Shown here piece after piece: positions 1 through 13,327 of a DNA stretch of 64,000 nucleotides. Made by a program: the position numbers and the translations under genes. The notes under the pieces were generated by a model. That model worked only from the letters and a program-made list of their open reading frames with translations, had not been told where the DNA came from and ran no database searches. The number at the start of each line of letters is the position of its first letter. Positions within the stretch are counted from its first letter, which is position 1. The stretch is from Octopus vulgaris (taxonomy: Eukaryota). The stretch spans positions 17,236,001 to 17,300,000 of the forward strand of contig OX597835.1 in assembly GCA_951406725.2 (NCBI GenBank). Reading direction: 5' to 3'.

Positions 1-248
1 ATGCATATAGCCCTTTTTGTAATAAATATTTAAATTGTGAGTGTGTAAGTAATGCATGTTTGCATCTGTATACATAAGGATAAACGAAGGCCGTTTAGTA
101 ACGTATGCATTTAAGCAGAAATATATATAAAGTCAAACACACGCACGCACGCGATTGAAGGCCTCTGCTCATCTGTGCATAGATAATTGCATATACCCAT
201 CCCCCCCATTAAACATGCACAAACACATACATATACTTGTATATATGT

Positions 249-323
<75 letters not shown>

Positions 324-541
324 GTAAGACACAGATGTGTGCAACTAGTGCTATGCGAATCTGAAGATGAGTAATACATATTTAAATAAACTTAATCCTT
401 CAGAAGAGGATTAGCAAATGAAATCCTTTTCATTGATAATCAGAGTTCAATGGCTATGGATGGGGATATTAATCTTTTCTGATTTCGCTGATTTTCCTCT
501 GTTTTTGGTGTTTCTCATCGTTATTTTTGATGTAGTGTGGG

Positions 542-542
<1 letters not shown>

Positions 543-598
<56 letters not shown>

Positions 599-632
599 GT
601 CTGTCTGTGTGTCTGTCTGTCTGCAAGTCAAC

Positions 633-663
<31 letters not shown>

Positions 664-740
664 TCTATTTATCGATCTATCTATCTATCTCTACCTATCT
701 TTCTATCTACCTATCTTTCTATCTATCTATCTATCTATCT
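543..740. repeat. (TCTA)n/(TCTG)n microsatellite
   Basis: Direct tetranucleotide runs; source of the SIYL-repeat ORFs. Confidence 0.95.
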
Positions 741-2444
741 ATATATCAGTATACATATAATCTGTTTCTGTCTATCTTTCTTTATCTGTCACTGTGTCAC
801 CCGCTCTCTCTCTCTCTCCACACACACACACACACACACACACAAACATAAATATATAACTATATATCTATCTATATCTATATATACATATATATATACA
901 CATATAAGAATATATAAAAACGATATATACATATTCACACACACACACACACACACATACACACACACACACATATATATATACATATATATAAATATAC
1001 ATATGTATGCATGTGTGTCTAAATATATGTATGCGTATATATCTATATATGAATATGTACACACTCATATATGTGTGTGTGTGTGTTTCTGCATTCGTCC
1101 ATGTATTCATATTTGTATGGAATATATATATAATTATATACTGAATGGAGCTACGTCTACACCATGGCATTCTACTATTAAACAAGAATTTGGATAAATC
1201 GATCTTCAATTGTTAGTGTCTCATTTTACGTCTAACTACAAAGGTTATCCCACTCGTAGTCTTTGTGTGGAGAATTATTTATTTTAAACTGTGTCTGTGT
1301 GCTGACTACGCTCTATATTTCTATTCGTTATTAGTATGAAGTCTTTCCGAATGTGACATTTCTCAGTGAAGCACAAACTGCAGTGGGTTCCTTGCCGTCC
1401 ATTCAATACGTCTTTGTTTCATAGCAATTAGAATATGATTTAAATGATGTTCGACTGTTATTTCTACTGGTTTGCATCTCTCTACCAAAGATGTTCTCTC
1501 ATTTAGCAATCGTTGTTTTGTTGAATTTAGTGCAAATATACTTGTAGAGTTGTGGGGAAATTTCAACCCGTAATAAGCCGCCAAATTAACAAGGGTGTTA
1601 AGCATCTCTGTTATTTACGTTAAACCTTTGAAATAATGAAATTAATGAAACATAAAAGAGTAAAAGAGCGATGAGAAATAGAAGGAAAAAGATGAAGAAG
1701 AAGAAGAAGAAGAAGAAAAAAATAAGGATATTATTTTAAATATATTAACCGCAGACTGAAATTCTTGACAGAAGTGATATCAAAGCTAAATCCGTGGCCT
1801 TTAGACAAATACGCTTGCGCACTCACACCCACAAGTACACACATGCATACACACATATACGTATATATACACATGCACACATACATATACACACAAGCGC
1901 ACGTACACACGCAGACACACGCATAAACACATGCACAACTACACATAGACACACTCAAACACATGTACACACATACACAAACATACTAGCACACACACGC
2001 ATACACAAACACACTAGAACATACACACGCACCCTCTCCCACACATAAACGCACATACGCACATTCACACACAAACAAGCGCACACACACATGCACGTAC
2101 TCCCACACATAAACACACACTCACACACAGATACACACGCACAAACATACAAACGCATATATACATTAATATAGTCATGCGCTGTTCGTTTATCTTCAAT
2201 CATCGGAGTATATTATTTTCGGTGCGTCGAACAAAATTACGTTGCTGCTTACTTCTATGCGATCTATGGCCATTTATGGGGAAGTCGAAGCCACCTTTCC
2301 ATGCATTCCACGTAAGTCGACCACGGCGGAATCGGAATTCAGAACGTAAGATTTTAAAACAAAATAAAACCGAGCGACTGAACGCCTTAACACGGAAGAC
2401 CCCACTGCAATATGGCCACAGTTCACTTTCTTTTGATAAATAAT

Positions 2445-2838
2445 ATTGGTTTTAAATTTTAGAACGAGGCCAGCAAACGTGAGGGCGTGGGTAAGTCGAT
2501 TATATCGACCATCGATGCTGAAAGGGCGGCGAGCTGGCAGAAACGTTAGCACGTCGGGCGAAATGCTTAGCAGTATTTCGTCTGCCGCTACGTTCTGAGT
2601 TCAAGTTCCGCCGAGGTCGACTTTGCCTTTCATCCTTTCGGGGTCGATAAATTAAGTACCAGTTACGCACTGGGGTCGATGTAATCGACTTAACCCGTTT
2701 GTCTGTCCTATTTGTCCTCTCTGTGTTTAGCCCCATGTGGGTAGGAAAGAAATAGATACTGAACTGGTATTTTCTTATCGATCCCAGAAAGATGAAGGGC
2801 AATGATGACCTCGGCGGAATTTGAATTCAGAACGTAAA
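2445..2838 (-). mobile_element. Old family-A2 SINE, split by a younger antisense SINE
   Basis: 2445-2522 and 2755-2838 rejoin into the reverse complement of the family-A body (gtcgattatatcgacc...ctggtattttcttatcgatccc...gacctcggcggaatttgaattcagaacg). Confidence 0.7.
2523..2754 (+). mobile_element. tRNA-derived SINE family A1, full length
   Basis: Head ggcggcgagctggcagaaacgttagc, B-box-like gagttcaagttcc, central gcctttcatcctttcggggtcgataaattaagtaccag, tail ...ccccatgtgggtaggaaagaaata. Flanked by GAT(G/A)CTGAA duplication (2514-2522, 2755-2763). Confidence 0.9.
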
Positions 2839-2954
2839 ATTTTGAAAAGAAATAATCCCAACACTTGATGTAAACGATTTAAGACTGAACATGGAAGGCC
2901 TTAGCGTAACATGGCACACCTCAACGTCTCTGAATAAATCGTTAAAATAAATAC

Positions 2955-3487
2955 TGGTTTCAAGTTTTGCTACAAAAACCAGCAAGTTCAAGGAAGTGGG
3001 TAAGTCGATTACATCGGTCCCAGGGCTTAGCTGGTACATGTTCTCTCGATCCCAGAAAGATGAAAGGCAAAGTCGACCTCGGAGGAATTTGAACTCAGAA
3101 CATACAATGAAAATTGGCTTCAAGTTTTGTCACAGGGTTAGCAAGTTCGGGGGGGTAAGTCAATTACATTGGTTCCGGTACCCAACTGGCACTTATTATA
3201 TCGACCCTGAAGGCATAAAAAGTAAAGTCGACCTCGGCGAAATTTGAATTCAGAACATAAAATGAAAATTGGCTTCAAGTATTGTCACAGGGCCAGCAAG
3301 TTCGGGTGATGGGTAAGTCAATCACATTGGTTCCGGTACCCAACTGATACTTATCATATCGACCCTGAAGGCATAAAAAGTAAAGCCGATCTTGGCGAAA
3401 TTTGAACTAAGAACGTCAGGACAGACGTCAAGACAGACGAAATGCCGCTAAGCATTTTCCCAGCATGCTAATGATTCTACCAGCTCA
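2955..3487 (-). mobile_element. Three head-to-tail family-A2 SINE copies (~155-bp period)
   Basis: Repeated ggcttcaagttttgtcacaggg...gtcgacctcggcgaaatttgaa blocks near 2955, 3116 and 3271; the last extends to the SINE head. Confidence 0.8.
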
Positions 3488-3776
3488 AGAACACAAGTCC
3501 AAGACTTGACGTAAGCGATCGAAGAACTTTACATAGGAAGACCCTACCACGACATGGCGCAATTCACCGTCTCTTAAGTACCAGCAAAAATAAAATTTAG
3601 GTTCTATGTAAAGGACTGAACACATAAAACTGAAGTATCTGCCACAACATGGCCGTAGTGAAATATAATGTAATCGGTAAAAGAACTAAAGAATAGTGGA
3701 ATTACAGAAGAGCTGAATAAAATTTAGAAGACAGCGATGGATAAAAAGCTATGGAAGGTTGATATATCTGAAGTGC

Positions 3777-3905
3777 GGATTAAAACTTTGCTCCGTATGA
3801 AGTACATGTGAAGTAGATCATTAAATTTAGATATATTCCAGGCAATGATATCGGATTAATCTAAGGTAATCCAATATATTAATCTAGCTAAAACCAAGCG
3901 GATTA
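3777..3905. promoter_or_regulatory. Candidate enhancer: cluster of K50 homeodomain (Otx/Pitx/Gsc-type) sites
   Basis: GGATTA at 3777, 3853 and 3900, TAATCC at 3867, TAATCT at 3857 and 3880, in non-repetitive sequence. Confidence 0.4.
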
Positions 3906-4221
3906 ATACGTTAGATATGAATTGAAGTCACGTAGTGACTTCAGCTACTTCACTTACACTGTAGGTTATTTTAAAGAGCCATCTTGAATAAGAGACAGAC
4001 ATGACAGATGGGAAGATATACAATAACCAAACACACACACACACACAAACACAAGCACACACACACACAGACGCACACACACATATATATGTATATACGT
4101 ACGTATATATATATATATATATATATATATACAAACATACATACATAGATATGCATATATGATAAATATACTTATACATACATATACATACATATACATA
4201 CACAAATATACAAATATATGT

Positions 4222-4258
<37 letters not shown>

Positions 4259-4271
4259 TATATATACATAC

Positions 4272-4317
<46 letters not shown>

Positions 4318-4591
4318 CAAACATGCCTATGATATATATATGTATATGTGGATCACACACACAGCCCACATAGAGATACACCTACGTCGCCGCTACAGAC
4401 ACACACACACACACACACACATACACACACATTTGAGGCTACGTGAAGCGTAGGAACCATTCTGCTAGACGCACATTGACAATTCAACTTTGAATTAAGA
4501 ATGTGGATACGCTCTTCACAGACATACGAATACTTATACACGCCACGCACGCACCCAGCTATATATATGCATTCTTATATCCTAACATATA

Positions 4592-4643
<52 letters not shown>

Positions 4644-4950
4644 CCTATCTACCCAACTACCTACCTACCTACCTACCTACCTACCTACCTACCTACCTAC
4701 CTACCGATCTATCTATCTATCTATCTACCTACCTACCCATCCACCCATCTACCTACCCACCCACACACCAACCCACCCACCTACCTACCTACCTACCTAC
4801 CTACCTACCTACCTACCTACCTACCTACCTACCTACCTACCTACCCACCCACCTACCTACCTACCTACCTACCTACCTACCTACCTACCTACCTACCTAC
4901 CTACCTACCTACCTATCTATCTATCTATCTATCTATCTACATACATACAT
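4592..4950. repeat. (TCTG)n-(CCTA)n-(TCTA)n compound microsatellite
   Basis: Direct inspection. Confidence 0.95.
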
Positions 4951-5719
4951 ACACACGCCGTTTCTTGCAGATACAGTCATATAGAAATCCACACGAACAC
5001 ACGACACACTGAACAATGATAAATAAATACAAAAATATATTTAAAAATATATATATATATCAACATAAACATATGCAAACAAACAAACAAACGAAAAAAA
5101 CAAACAATCAATCAAACGAAGAATAACAAACAAACAAACAACAATAAATATATAAACAACAATAAATATATAAACAACAAATAATTAATAAGCAAAATGT
5201 AATACAAGAGAACGGAAAACGAGAATGACAATCTGAAAATGGAAAAGGAAGTTAGCGGCTGAAGAAGAAAAGAAGAAAAGTTGCTAAAACAAAGAGACAG
5301 ATTTCTGTAGAAACGTCTGAAGATGCAAGGAAGGAATTTGTATAAGAATGGCACTAATTAATAGTCTGTGAACCAAATTACTAATAAATACTAAAGACCA
5401 TCACAAAAACTCTGTATGCTTTATTAAGTAGGAACAACACTCGGGTAAACAAGATTTTTGTAAGACAAACAATGAATACGACCGCAAATATAACCTTTTT
5501 CATTGAAGAGTTCCATTCAAAATATCGATTTGTCATTCCGGCACACAGCATACTAAGCTTAATAAGTCAAGCTTAGTATTTGTCTGTGGTTGTTGTTGTT
5601 ATTGTTGTTGTTGTTGCTTTGCCTTAGGTCAATTCTGATCAAGTAGTTCTATGAAGAAATGTATTCCAGTCGTGCCCATCCCCTGCTGTTATCTGTTTAT
5701 CTGCCTTTACTTAACTTCT

Positions 5720-5900
5720 TTTTATCTTTTATTTGACTGAGTCATTGGGGCTGCGGCCATGAGGGTGAACCGTCTTGATTGAAGCGGTTAGTCTGACAAA
5801 TCGACCGTGTTAGTTCTTTTTTAAGTACTTATTTCACGGGTCTTTTTTGCTGAACCGCTAAGTTGCGGGGACGTGAAAGAAACTAAGAGTCGAGGTGACA
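5720..5900 (-). mobile_element. Degenerate family-B SINE 3' half
   Basis: gctgcggccatg...tttttgctgaaccgctaagttgcggggacgtgaaa matches the reverse complement of 43140-43270. Confidence 0.7.
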
Positions 5901-6225
5901 CAAACACAAACACACACACAGATGTGCTATACATACATATACAAACAAATACATACACACACACAACACCAGCACACACACATACGTACACACACACATA
6001 CTTGAAGTTTACAGAAAACGAAAAGACGAAGATAGGTGTAGAAAGAGAGTTTCTTAACCAGATACCAGACACACATACACACACGCGCGCACGTGCACAC
6101 ACACATACACATATGAAGGATAACCTGATGGAAGGAGATCATCGTGGGGTTGAAGATGGTAGTAACCTCGAACAGCCATATTCTCAGTTTAGTCTCTTAT
6201 AGAGATTGTCTAACTAGCAACTTTG

Positions 6226-6228
<3 letters not shown>

Positions 6229-6312
<84 letters not shown>

Positions 6313-6366
6313 CTATCTAGATGGATAGATAGATCTATCCATCTATCTACCTACCTACCTACCTAC
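6229..6366. repeat. Orientation-flipping (ATCT)n/(AGAT)n microsatellite
   Basis: (ATCT)n to 6280, then (AGAT)n, with further flips near 6311, 6319 and 6333. Confidence 0.9.
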
Positions 6367-6439
6367 CCACGACTATCATCTTACGAACCGTAAAAATTAA
6401 TACAGAGAGTTGCTTATTTGTAAAAAAAAGTATAACATG

Positions 6440-6728
6440 TGACTTCATTAACCGAGGTAACCGTGGTCTTTTCCGTAGGCTTTTCTTTCCAAGGGTAAAC
6501 CTCACCTGTCCTCCCCTTTACACTTTATATTGACATTTCTGTGATAACGATCCCTATTGATCGATTTTTTTATTTTTCCTTTTATTTTTATTCCCTCCCC
6601 TTTATTTTTGCTTTCCTCTTTCTTTCCTTTTACGATCTCTTTTGATCGAAAACCAAACCCCCTTTTTTATCCCCCAAAAGAAAAGCTCTACCTTGTAATT
6701 TGTCCCGTCTGTGGCTAATAAAGAAATA
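6440..6728 (+). mobile_element. Putative LINE 3'-UTR/terminus (repeat shared with 50975-51120)
   Basis: tttacgatc...gatcgaaaacc...cccccaaaagaaaagctctaccttgtaa...tgtggctaataaagaaa occurs at both loci and ends in AATAAA. Confidence 0.6.
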
Positions 6729-7372
6729 TATCTTCAAATAAGAACGCAATTGGGTTAAAGGGTCACTACAGCTGTTTCACTCGTTATTTATATTTAGGAA
6801 TAATTAGATTAGATTATGAGGAAAAAAAATCTTTTTCTTCAGGTAAATTAAAAATCTAAAATTTGGTTCGGGGAAAAAATAACAAGATGTGGAATGTGAA
6901 TTGAACTTGTCATATCGGTATGTGTGTGTATGTGTGAGTTTGTATGCGTGTGCGTGTGTTTGTATATGCAGGTGAGTGTTTATGTATGCGTGTAGGTGTA
7001 TAGAGATTAATGTCAGTGTGTGCAGGTGTATATGTATGTCAATGCGTGCAATGGCCTGCTTTGGCGTGCATTGGTGTGCAATGGCGTGCATACCACTGCA
7101 CATGCGCCAAATTAACACAATTAAAATCAATACCTACATCTCATTCAAACACGACGACATACCACGTGACATTCGGTCACATATAGTTAAATATTGGTAC
7201 ACTCGGCTGCACATGGACACACTCGGTTACACACGGTTTCACGCGGTTTCATTTTTCAATAACTTTTAAAAGTGAATCGCCGCAATTCCTTTGAAATGGT
7301 TTTAACTCGAAAAGACATTGGAATGTAAATATTAGCTTTGAGCACCTGCTGTCAATGCTACTACTACTACTG

Positions 7373-7410
<38 letters not shown>

Positions 7411-7467
7411 GCTACAACCACCACCACCATCACTCCTATCGTAAAACCATAAAGTCAGAAAAACACT

Positions 7468-7480
7468 AATTAATAATAAC

Positions 7481-7536
<56 letters not shown>

Positions 7537-7586
7537 TGATGATGATGATGATGATAATAATGATAATAATAATAATAATAATAATA

Positions 7587-7621
<35 letters not shown>

Positions 7622-7760
7622 AATGATGATGATAATAATAATAATAATAATAATAATAATATTAATAAAAATAATGATAATCATAAGAATTATGATGATG
7701 TTGACGGTATTGGTGATGAGGATGAGAATGATCATGATGATGGCAATGATGATGAACATG
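7468..7760. repeat. (ATA)n/(ATG)n trinucleotide repeat
   Basis: Direct inspection. Confidence 0.95.
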
Positions 7761-8082
7761 ATTATGAAATAGTATTACCAAATAACAACAACAACAACAA
7801 CAACAACAACGACAGCAACAATAATATTCACATCTTTTGAAATTTTCATTAACAAAAAAAAAACATGCAAAAAAAAAAAGAAAGAAGAAACTAAAAGGGG
7901 AAAAATACCTTCTTAAAACTCATTTAAAATTAAATTTTTATAGTATTTATTGTTTTATTTTATGAGCATGTGTGTGTGTGTGTGTGTGCGTGTATGTGTA
8001 TGTGTGTGTGTGATTTGTATGAATGCTTGTGTTAGTGTGAGGCTGCGAGAGAGCGAGAAAGTGTGTGTGTGTGTGTGTGTGC

Positions 8083-8127
<45 letters not shown>

Positions 8128-8295
8128 TGTGTGTATGTGTGTGTGTGTGTGTGTAGCTTTCTCCTTCTGAAGACAAAACATTGTTTGTATTCTTGAGAAT
8201 ACTCTAGAATATTCGGTAAATAGACTTGTAGAAGTGTGTGTGTGTGTGTGGTGGGAGAGGCGGCGACGGCAGCGGCGGCGGCGGCGGTGGTGGTG

Positions 8296-8326
<31 letters not shown>

Positions 8327-9780
8327 ACTGTATGAAAGAGAGAGAGAGAGAAGAAATCGTATATGTGGATATGTCCAGGTTATAGTCAAAAGATACGCAT
8401 ATACACAAACACGCACACACAGACACAGACCCACACATATACATAGACATACATACGTACATACATAGATACATATACGCCACACGCATAGTACGTATAT
8501 GCACACGTACACCTATATATATATATATATATATATATGAATATATATATGTATATATATATACACACACACATATGTACACGTATGCATATGTGTGTGT
8601 TTATATGTATATATATATATGTTTACATGCATGAGCATATGTTCATATCTGTGTATAGAAACGTATACATATTCAAACAGAAACACGCACACACACGAGT
8701 ATTAATATATTTATATATACATATATATTTATACATACATGTGTCTGTGTTTTCGGGTAGGTTTAGCAGAACAGAATTTTAGATGCATGCACACGCTAAT
8801 ACACACGCATACCTCCATATATATATATATATATATGCGTGTGTATATATATGTATATATGTTTATATATGTGTATAATGTATATATATAGGTATGTATA
8901 TATATATATATATTTAATGTATATATGTGTATATATATGTATATAATTTATATATAATTATATATATGTAAGGAATCATCAATTATGTAATACGTGTGTG
9001 TTTAGGTACGTTATTAAGTAATAAGTGTGCTGACGTGAATATACGCATGCGTGTGCATGTGTATTGGAAGAAAACTAAATATGAAGAAACACGAACGAGA
9101 AAGAAGGAGAATAATAGTGAAAAAGATGGCGTGAGAAAGAGAGTTTAAAGGCAGAAAAAGAGAGTGAGTTTTATCTAAACGAAATTGAACTAATATGTAA
9201 TTGAATAAACATTCGATTTTCTTGAAGTAAATCTAAACATTTCATATCATTTTGATAATATTTTACGCTGAACCGAGGCAATATTTGTTGAGTGTCAATA
9301 AGAATGAAAATGAAAACTAGGCAAACGTGTCGTCAGTCTTTAGACTCCATTTTGTCTTCTCGTCAAATGACAATCTGCTTTTTTTTTTGTCCCTTTCCTA
9401 CTACTACCACTACTGCTACTACTACTGAAGGCGGTGATTGTTTCTTTTATTTTCTAGGGGCTATAGTTGAAGGTGGGAATCATAAGCACACTCTAGAATT
9501 GTGTGAAGGTTTGAATAAAAGATGAAGAGAAACGAAAGGCAAAAATGGCGAAATTCAATAAAAGTATACATTGTATGCAGAGTATATGATATCGTGTATG
9601 ATGCAATCTTCCAGATACTGAAGAAATTTCACTTTAGGGCCATCCATTCAAGGAATCCCACGAATCCAAGTTTACCTTGGCCGCCAAATACACAAGCATT
9701 TGAATAACTGTTATTCTTCAATCTACAGGTGCATACTTAACGAAAGATCACCGGCCCTAACAATTTTCATCTCAATAATT

Positions 9781-10320
9781 CATGTTTTCACAAATTCGTG
9801 GAGAGGTGGCGCTTCCGTCTCCACCAGCACTTTCCTTTCATAGTGTCCCTTAAAATAATATCAATGAGGCCTTGACTGAAGAAGGTGTCCTACTTTAATC
9901 CTTTTAGCCTCGCCCCCTGCACGATCTCTTTCGCGATAATCAGTAGACACAGGAATATGGTCTGCCCTGGCTTGATAAAGTTACGTGGTAGGGTGATCCT
10001 TATGACGGGTACAACCGACAGTCGGGTTCGATTCAGACATGTTACCTGCTCTTTCGGTATAACTACACAAATCGTCAATGTTCGGACATTGCACAAGTTC
10101 GTGTTAAGTATATTTCGAAAGGGAAGTGCCCCGCGGTAGCACTGCCAGGCCAGAGATTTCTAGAGTTTATCTGTTATGGCAGTACCGGACCAAAAAGGCC
10201 TAGGAAAAAAACCCAGCTAGTTCATCCTCTCCAGCACCTAGAGTTTCCCCGGGAATATCGTCCTTCTTAACCACAACTAGATGACTATATTTTGCTGACG
10301 GAAAATTTCCACTGACCACA
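9781..10320 (-). pseudogene. Decayed L1/Tx1-clade LINE ORF2 C-terminal region (zf-RVT-like)
   Basis: Minus-strand peptides across stops and frameshifts: DDIPGETLGAGEDELAGF, DKL*KSLAWQCYRGALPFRNIL, HELVQCPNIDDLCSYTE, IFLCLLIIAKEIVQGARLKGLK*DTF. These resemble the W..YRGALP / H...CP / AK..W..R pattern of L1/Tx1 ORF2 C-termini; the zinc-knuckle segment is partly deleted. Confidence 0.75.
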
Positions 10321-10323
10321 TTG

Positions 10324-10372
<49 letters not shown>

Positions 10373-10386
10373 CCATCATCATCATC

Positions 10387-10387
<1 letters not shown>

Positions 10388-10428
<41 letters not shown>

Positions 10429-10583
10429 GAGTGAGAGAGCAGTGCATGCCATCAAAGTTACATTGGGGTAAAATATACGAAGCCCAGTATATCCATCATG
10501 ACTACCCATCCGATAAAGGTACACTAGCCACATGCACCACAACCATATGTGCGTGACATAGTGATCTTATATCAAGATAAACT
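10388..10583 (-). mobile_element. Retroposon 3' fragment ending in a (TAA)n tail
   Basis: Complex ~155-bp sequence ending, on the minus strand, ...ggcatgcactgctctctcactc(aat)n. Confidence 0.5.
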
Positions 10584-10602
10584 TTATTATTTACGCCCAA
10601 AA

Positions 10603-10891
10603 GCTGGCGCTCCATCGATTATGAGGACGAGGGTTCCATTTAACGCGCAAGCGGCTGAGCATTGCACAGACACGCGGACCCTTAGCGTAGTTCGCAGGGA
10701 GATTCAGCGTGACACGGAGTGCGAAAAGACTGGCCCTTTCAAATACAGTTACCACACGTGTTTTTCAGAGTGGAGTGGAACAACGTGAAATAAAGTGCCT
10801 TGCTCAAGGACACAATACGCAGCTGTGAATCGAACTCACGACGATACGATCGTGAACCGAATGCCCTAACCACTAAGCCACGCACTTTCAC
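10603..10891 (-). mobile_element. tRNA-derived SINE family D (head 1 + tail X)
   Basis: Minus strand: A-box tggcttagtgg, B-box gagttcgattc, CORE-like gtgtccttgagcaaggcactttatttcacgttg; tail homologous to 14010-14192 and 41530-41712. Confidence 0.85.
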
Positions 10892-11199
10892 CATTACGCT
10901 ACAGTACCCCTCACAAAAGATGCATCTGTTATTTCATTAATGCCTAACGCAATGTCCTACCCCACCTTCATATCCATTGAGGAACATATTTTTGATACCC
11001 CACGAATGTTACAGGCAGCTTTTAGGTTTACTGTATGCGTTTGTTATTTCAAAATACCCCAAGAATTTAAACCCCCCAAGCAATGTCATGTTGCGCCACA
11101 CGGTTTTTTAAAATCAAAATGCATTATTTTTAATCACGATATTTCATATACGCATTCGGGTTCATATATTTATACTTGATACCACATACCAAAATAGTA

Positions 11200-11372
11200 T
11201 GGGTTTCAAACTTTGACAGAAAGCTACCAATGTTAGGTGGGGTGTGAGTCCATTACATCAACCTCAGTGCTCAACAGGTACTTATTTTATCGACCACGAA
11301 AGGATGAAAAGCATAGTCAACTTCGGCAGAATTTGAACTCAGACCGACGTGCTAACGATTTTGGTACCCTCT
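11200..11372 (-). mobile_element. Degenerate family-A2 SINE
   Basis: ggtacttattttatcgaccacgaaaggatgaaa...cggcagaatttgaactcaga. Confidence 0.75.
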
Positions 11373-11931
11373 CGAGTTACATATTCCAAAATATTAATGA
11401 TTGTTGCTTCAAAATACCAAGAGAACTGACACCCGTAATTCAACGTTATGTTTCGACGCAGTTTTCGTCCAAGAGATATTCTTTATTTACAGTATTCCAT
11501 ACAGACGTGTGTGCCTCTCTATATCAATACCCAATAACATATCGACAACATACAGCAAAATGCTTCTGAGGCCGTACAAAATAAACACGCCATAAACACC
11601 CACCAAAGTGAGTTCAATGTAAAGTTGAAACGAAATCAGTTTAGTTATCTTGCGACCATTTCAAGCAGAAAAATAGATTTCACTCCTTTAAATAAGCGAA
11701 CAAGATTTGTTGCTCGTTGGTAAACTTATCAAAGCGGTTGGTGTACTGAGAGAAAGTTCTAAGTAAAAGCTGACGAAATACATCTTTAAATGTGACCCAA
11801 ACGATTTAAACAGATCACAGATCAAATCAATCAATTTTCACTTAGGTTTAAATTGTAAATCGTTCGAGCGAAATGTCTCGTTAGTCATTAATTAAGATTT
11901 ACTTACCCGACAAACCTTGCATTAGTCTGAA

Positions 11932-11946
11932 GCGCCACCTAGCGGC
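11932..11946 (-). promoter_or_regulatory. CTCF-like motif
   Basis: GCGCCACCTAGCGGC, reading GCCGCTAGGTGGCGC on the minus strand; close to the CTCF core CCASYAGRKGGCRS. Confidence 0.55.
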
Positions 11947-12082
11947 AAAAAGAGAAAGAAAAAGTAAGGAAATTACTTTGATATTCGCCACAAATCATTT
12001 TCATTAAGAATTTCAGCTGAGAAGACATTATACGTTATAGCCGGTAATTATTATAAATTTGACATTCATTAATGGCATCTTT

Positions 12083-12096
12083 GCACGAGATGGCAG
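12083..12096 (+). promoter_or_regulatory. Second, weaker CTCF-like motif
   Basis: GCACGAGATGGCAG versus CCACNAGATGGCAG. Confidence 0.3.
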
Positions 12097-12359
12097 GAGT
12101 TGTGTGACGGTTAACGTTTGTAGATGTTATTTATACAGACATATTAGACGTTACTGTGTACAGCTGGCGAGTAAATAAACATAGGCTGGCCAAGAAAAGT
12201 TATATTTTCCATAGTTAGAATCTTTTAAATGTTGTTAAACAAGATAGACACATAATCACTAGACAGGACATAAATGTTATCGAGGTAGACGTATTCGGTG
12301 GACATTAAATAGTTTATAGATAGATGCTGACAAGGTTAAACAGCCTGAAGATGCTGATT

Positions 12360-12361
<2 letters not shown>

Positions 12362-12439
<78 letters not shown>
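12362..12439. repeat. (CA)n microsatellite
   Basis: Direct inspection. Confidence 0.95.
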
Positions 12440-12441
<2 letters not shown>

Positions 12442-12528
12442 ATAAATCCAAACTTACAAGGAAAAATTTAGAAATACATCAAATTTCACACACACACACA
12501 CACACACAATATAATATACATATAAAAT

Positions 12529-12593
<65 letters not shown>

Positions 12594-13327
12594 TTATTTT
12601 TGAGGGAATAAAATCCAAACTTACAAGGAAAAAATTTAGAAATACTAAATCAAATTTCACACAATATAATATACATATAAAATTATATATAATATATATA
12701 TATATGCATACACACACATACGAACACACATGTATACATATATATATATTATGTCCACCTACCCCTATATGTACACAGATACATACATACATCCATAAAT
12801 ACATGCATACGCACACATATTTTATATATTTTATCATATTATACATACATACATACATATATGTACGTTCACCTATATATCTATATGTGGGTGAATACTG
12901 GATGGATAGACCTAAAAATACAGAGTTTCAACTGGATATAGAGAGACGTGTGTATACATGTGTGTGTGTATGTGTGTGTGTGTAGACTTATAGGCACATA
13001 TAGGCTACTACTGAAGGGATGGAGACGACGGAAGATGTTGACTGGATAGTTAATTTAACAATGATTTTGCTGATCTCTCTGTCGGATCAAGTGACAATGT
13101 AAATATTCTCTTCTTTGCATCGGTTACTTCATTGCCTGTAGACATAGATTGGGAAGACACAACATACTGAACAAAGCAGAGTCACCTGATGAAACCAAGA
13201 GAGTTACTGGCGACAGTTTGAAGATAAAAAAAATTAGATAAACATTGGCTGTAGGTGAAGACTAGATCAACACTTTCTGAAGGCGGAGATTGGCTTGAGG
13301 CTGATGTAGTTTGAATAAACGCAGGCT

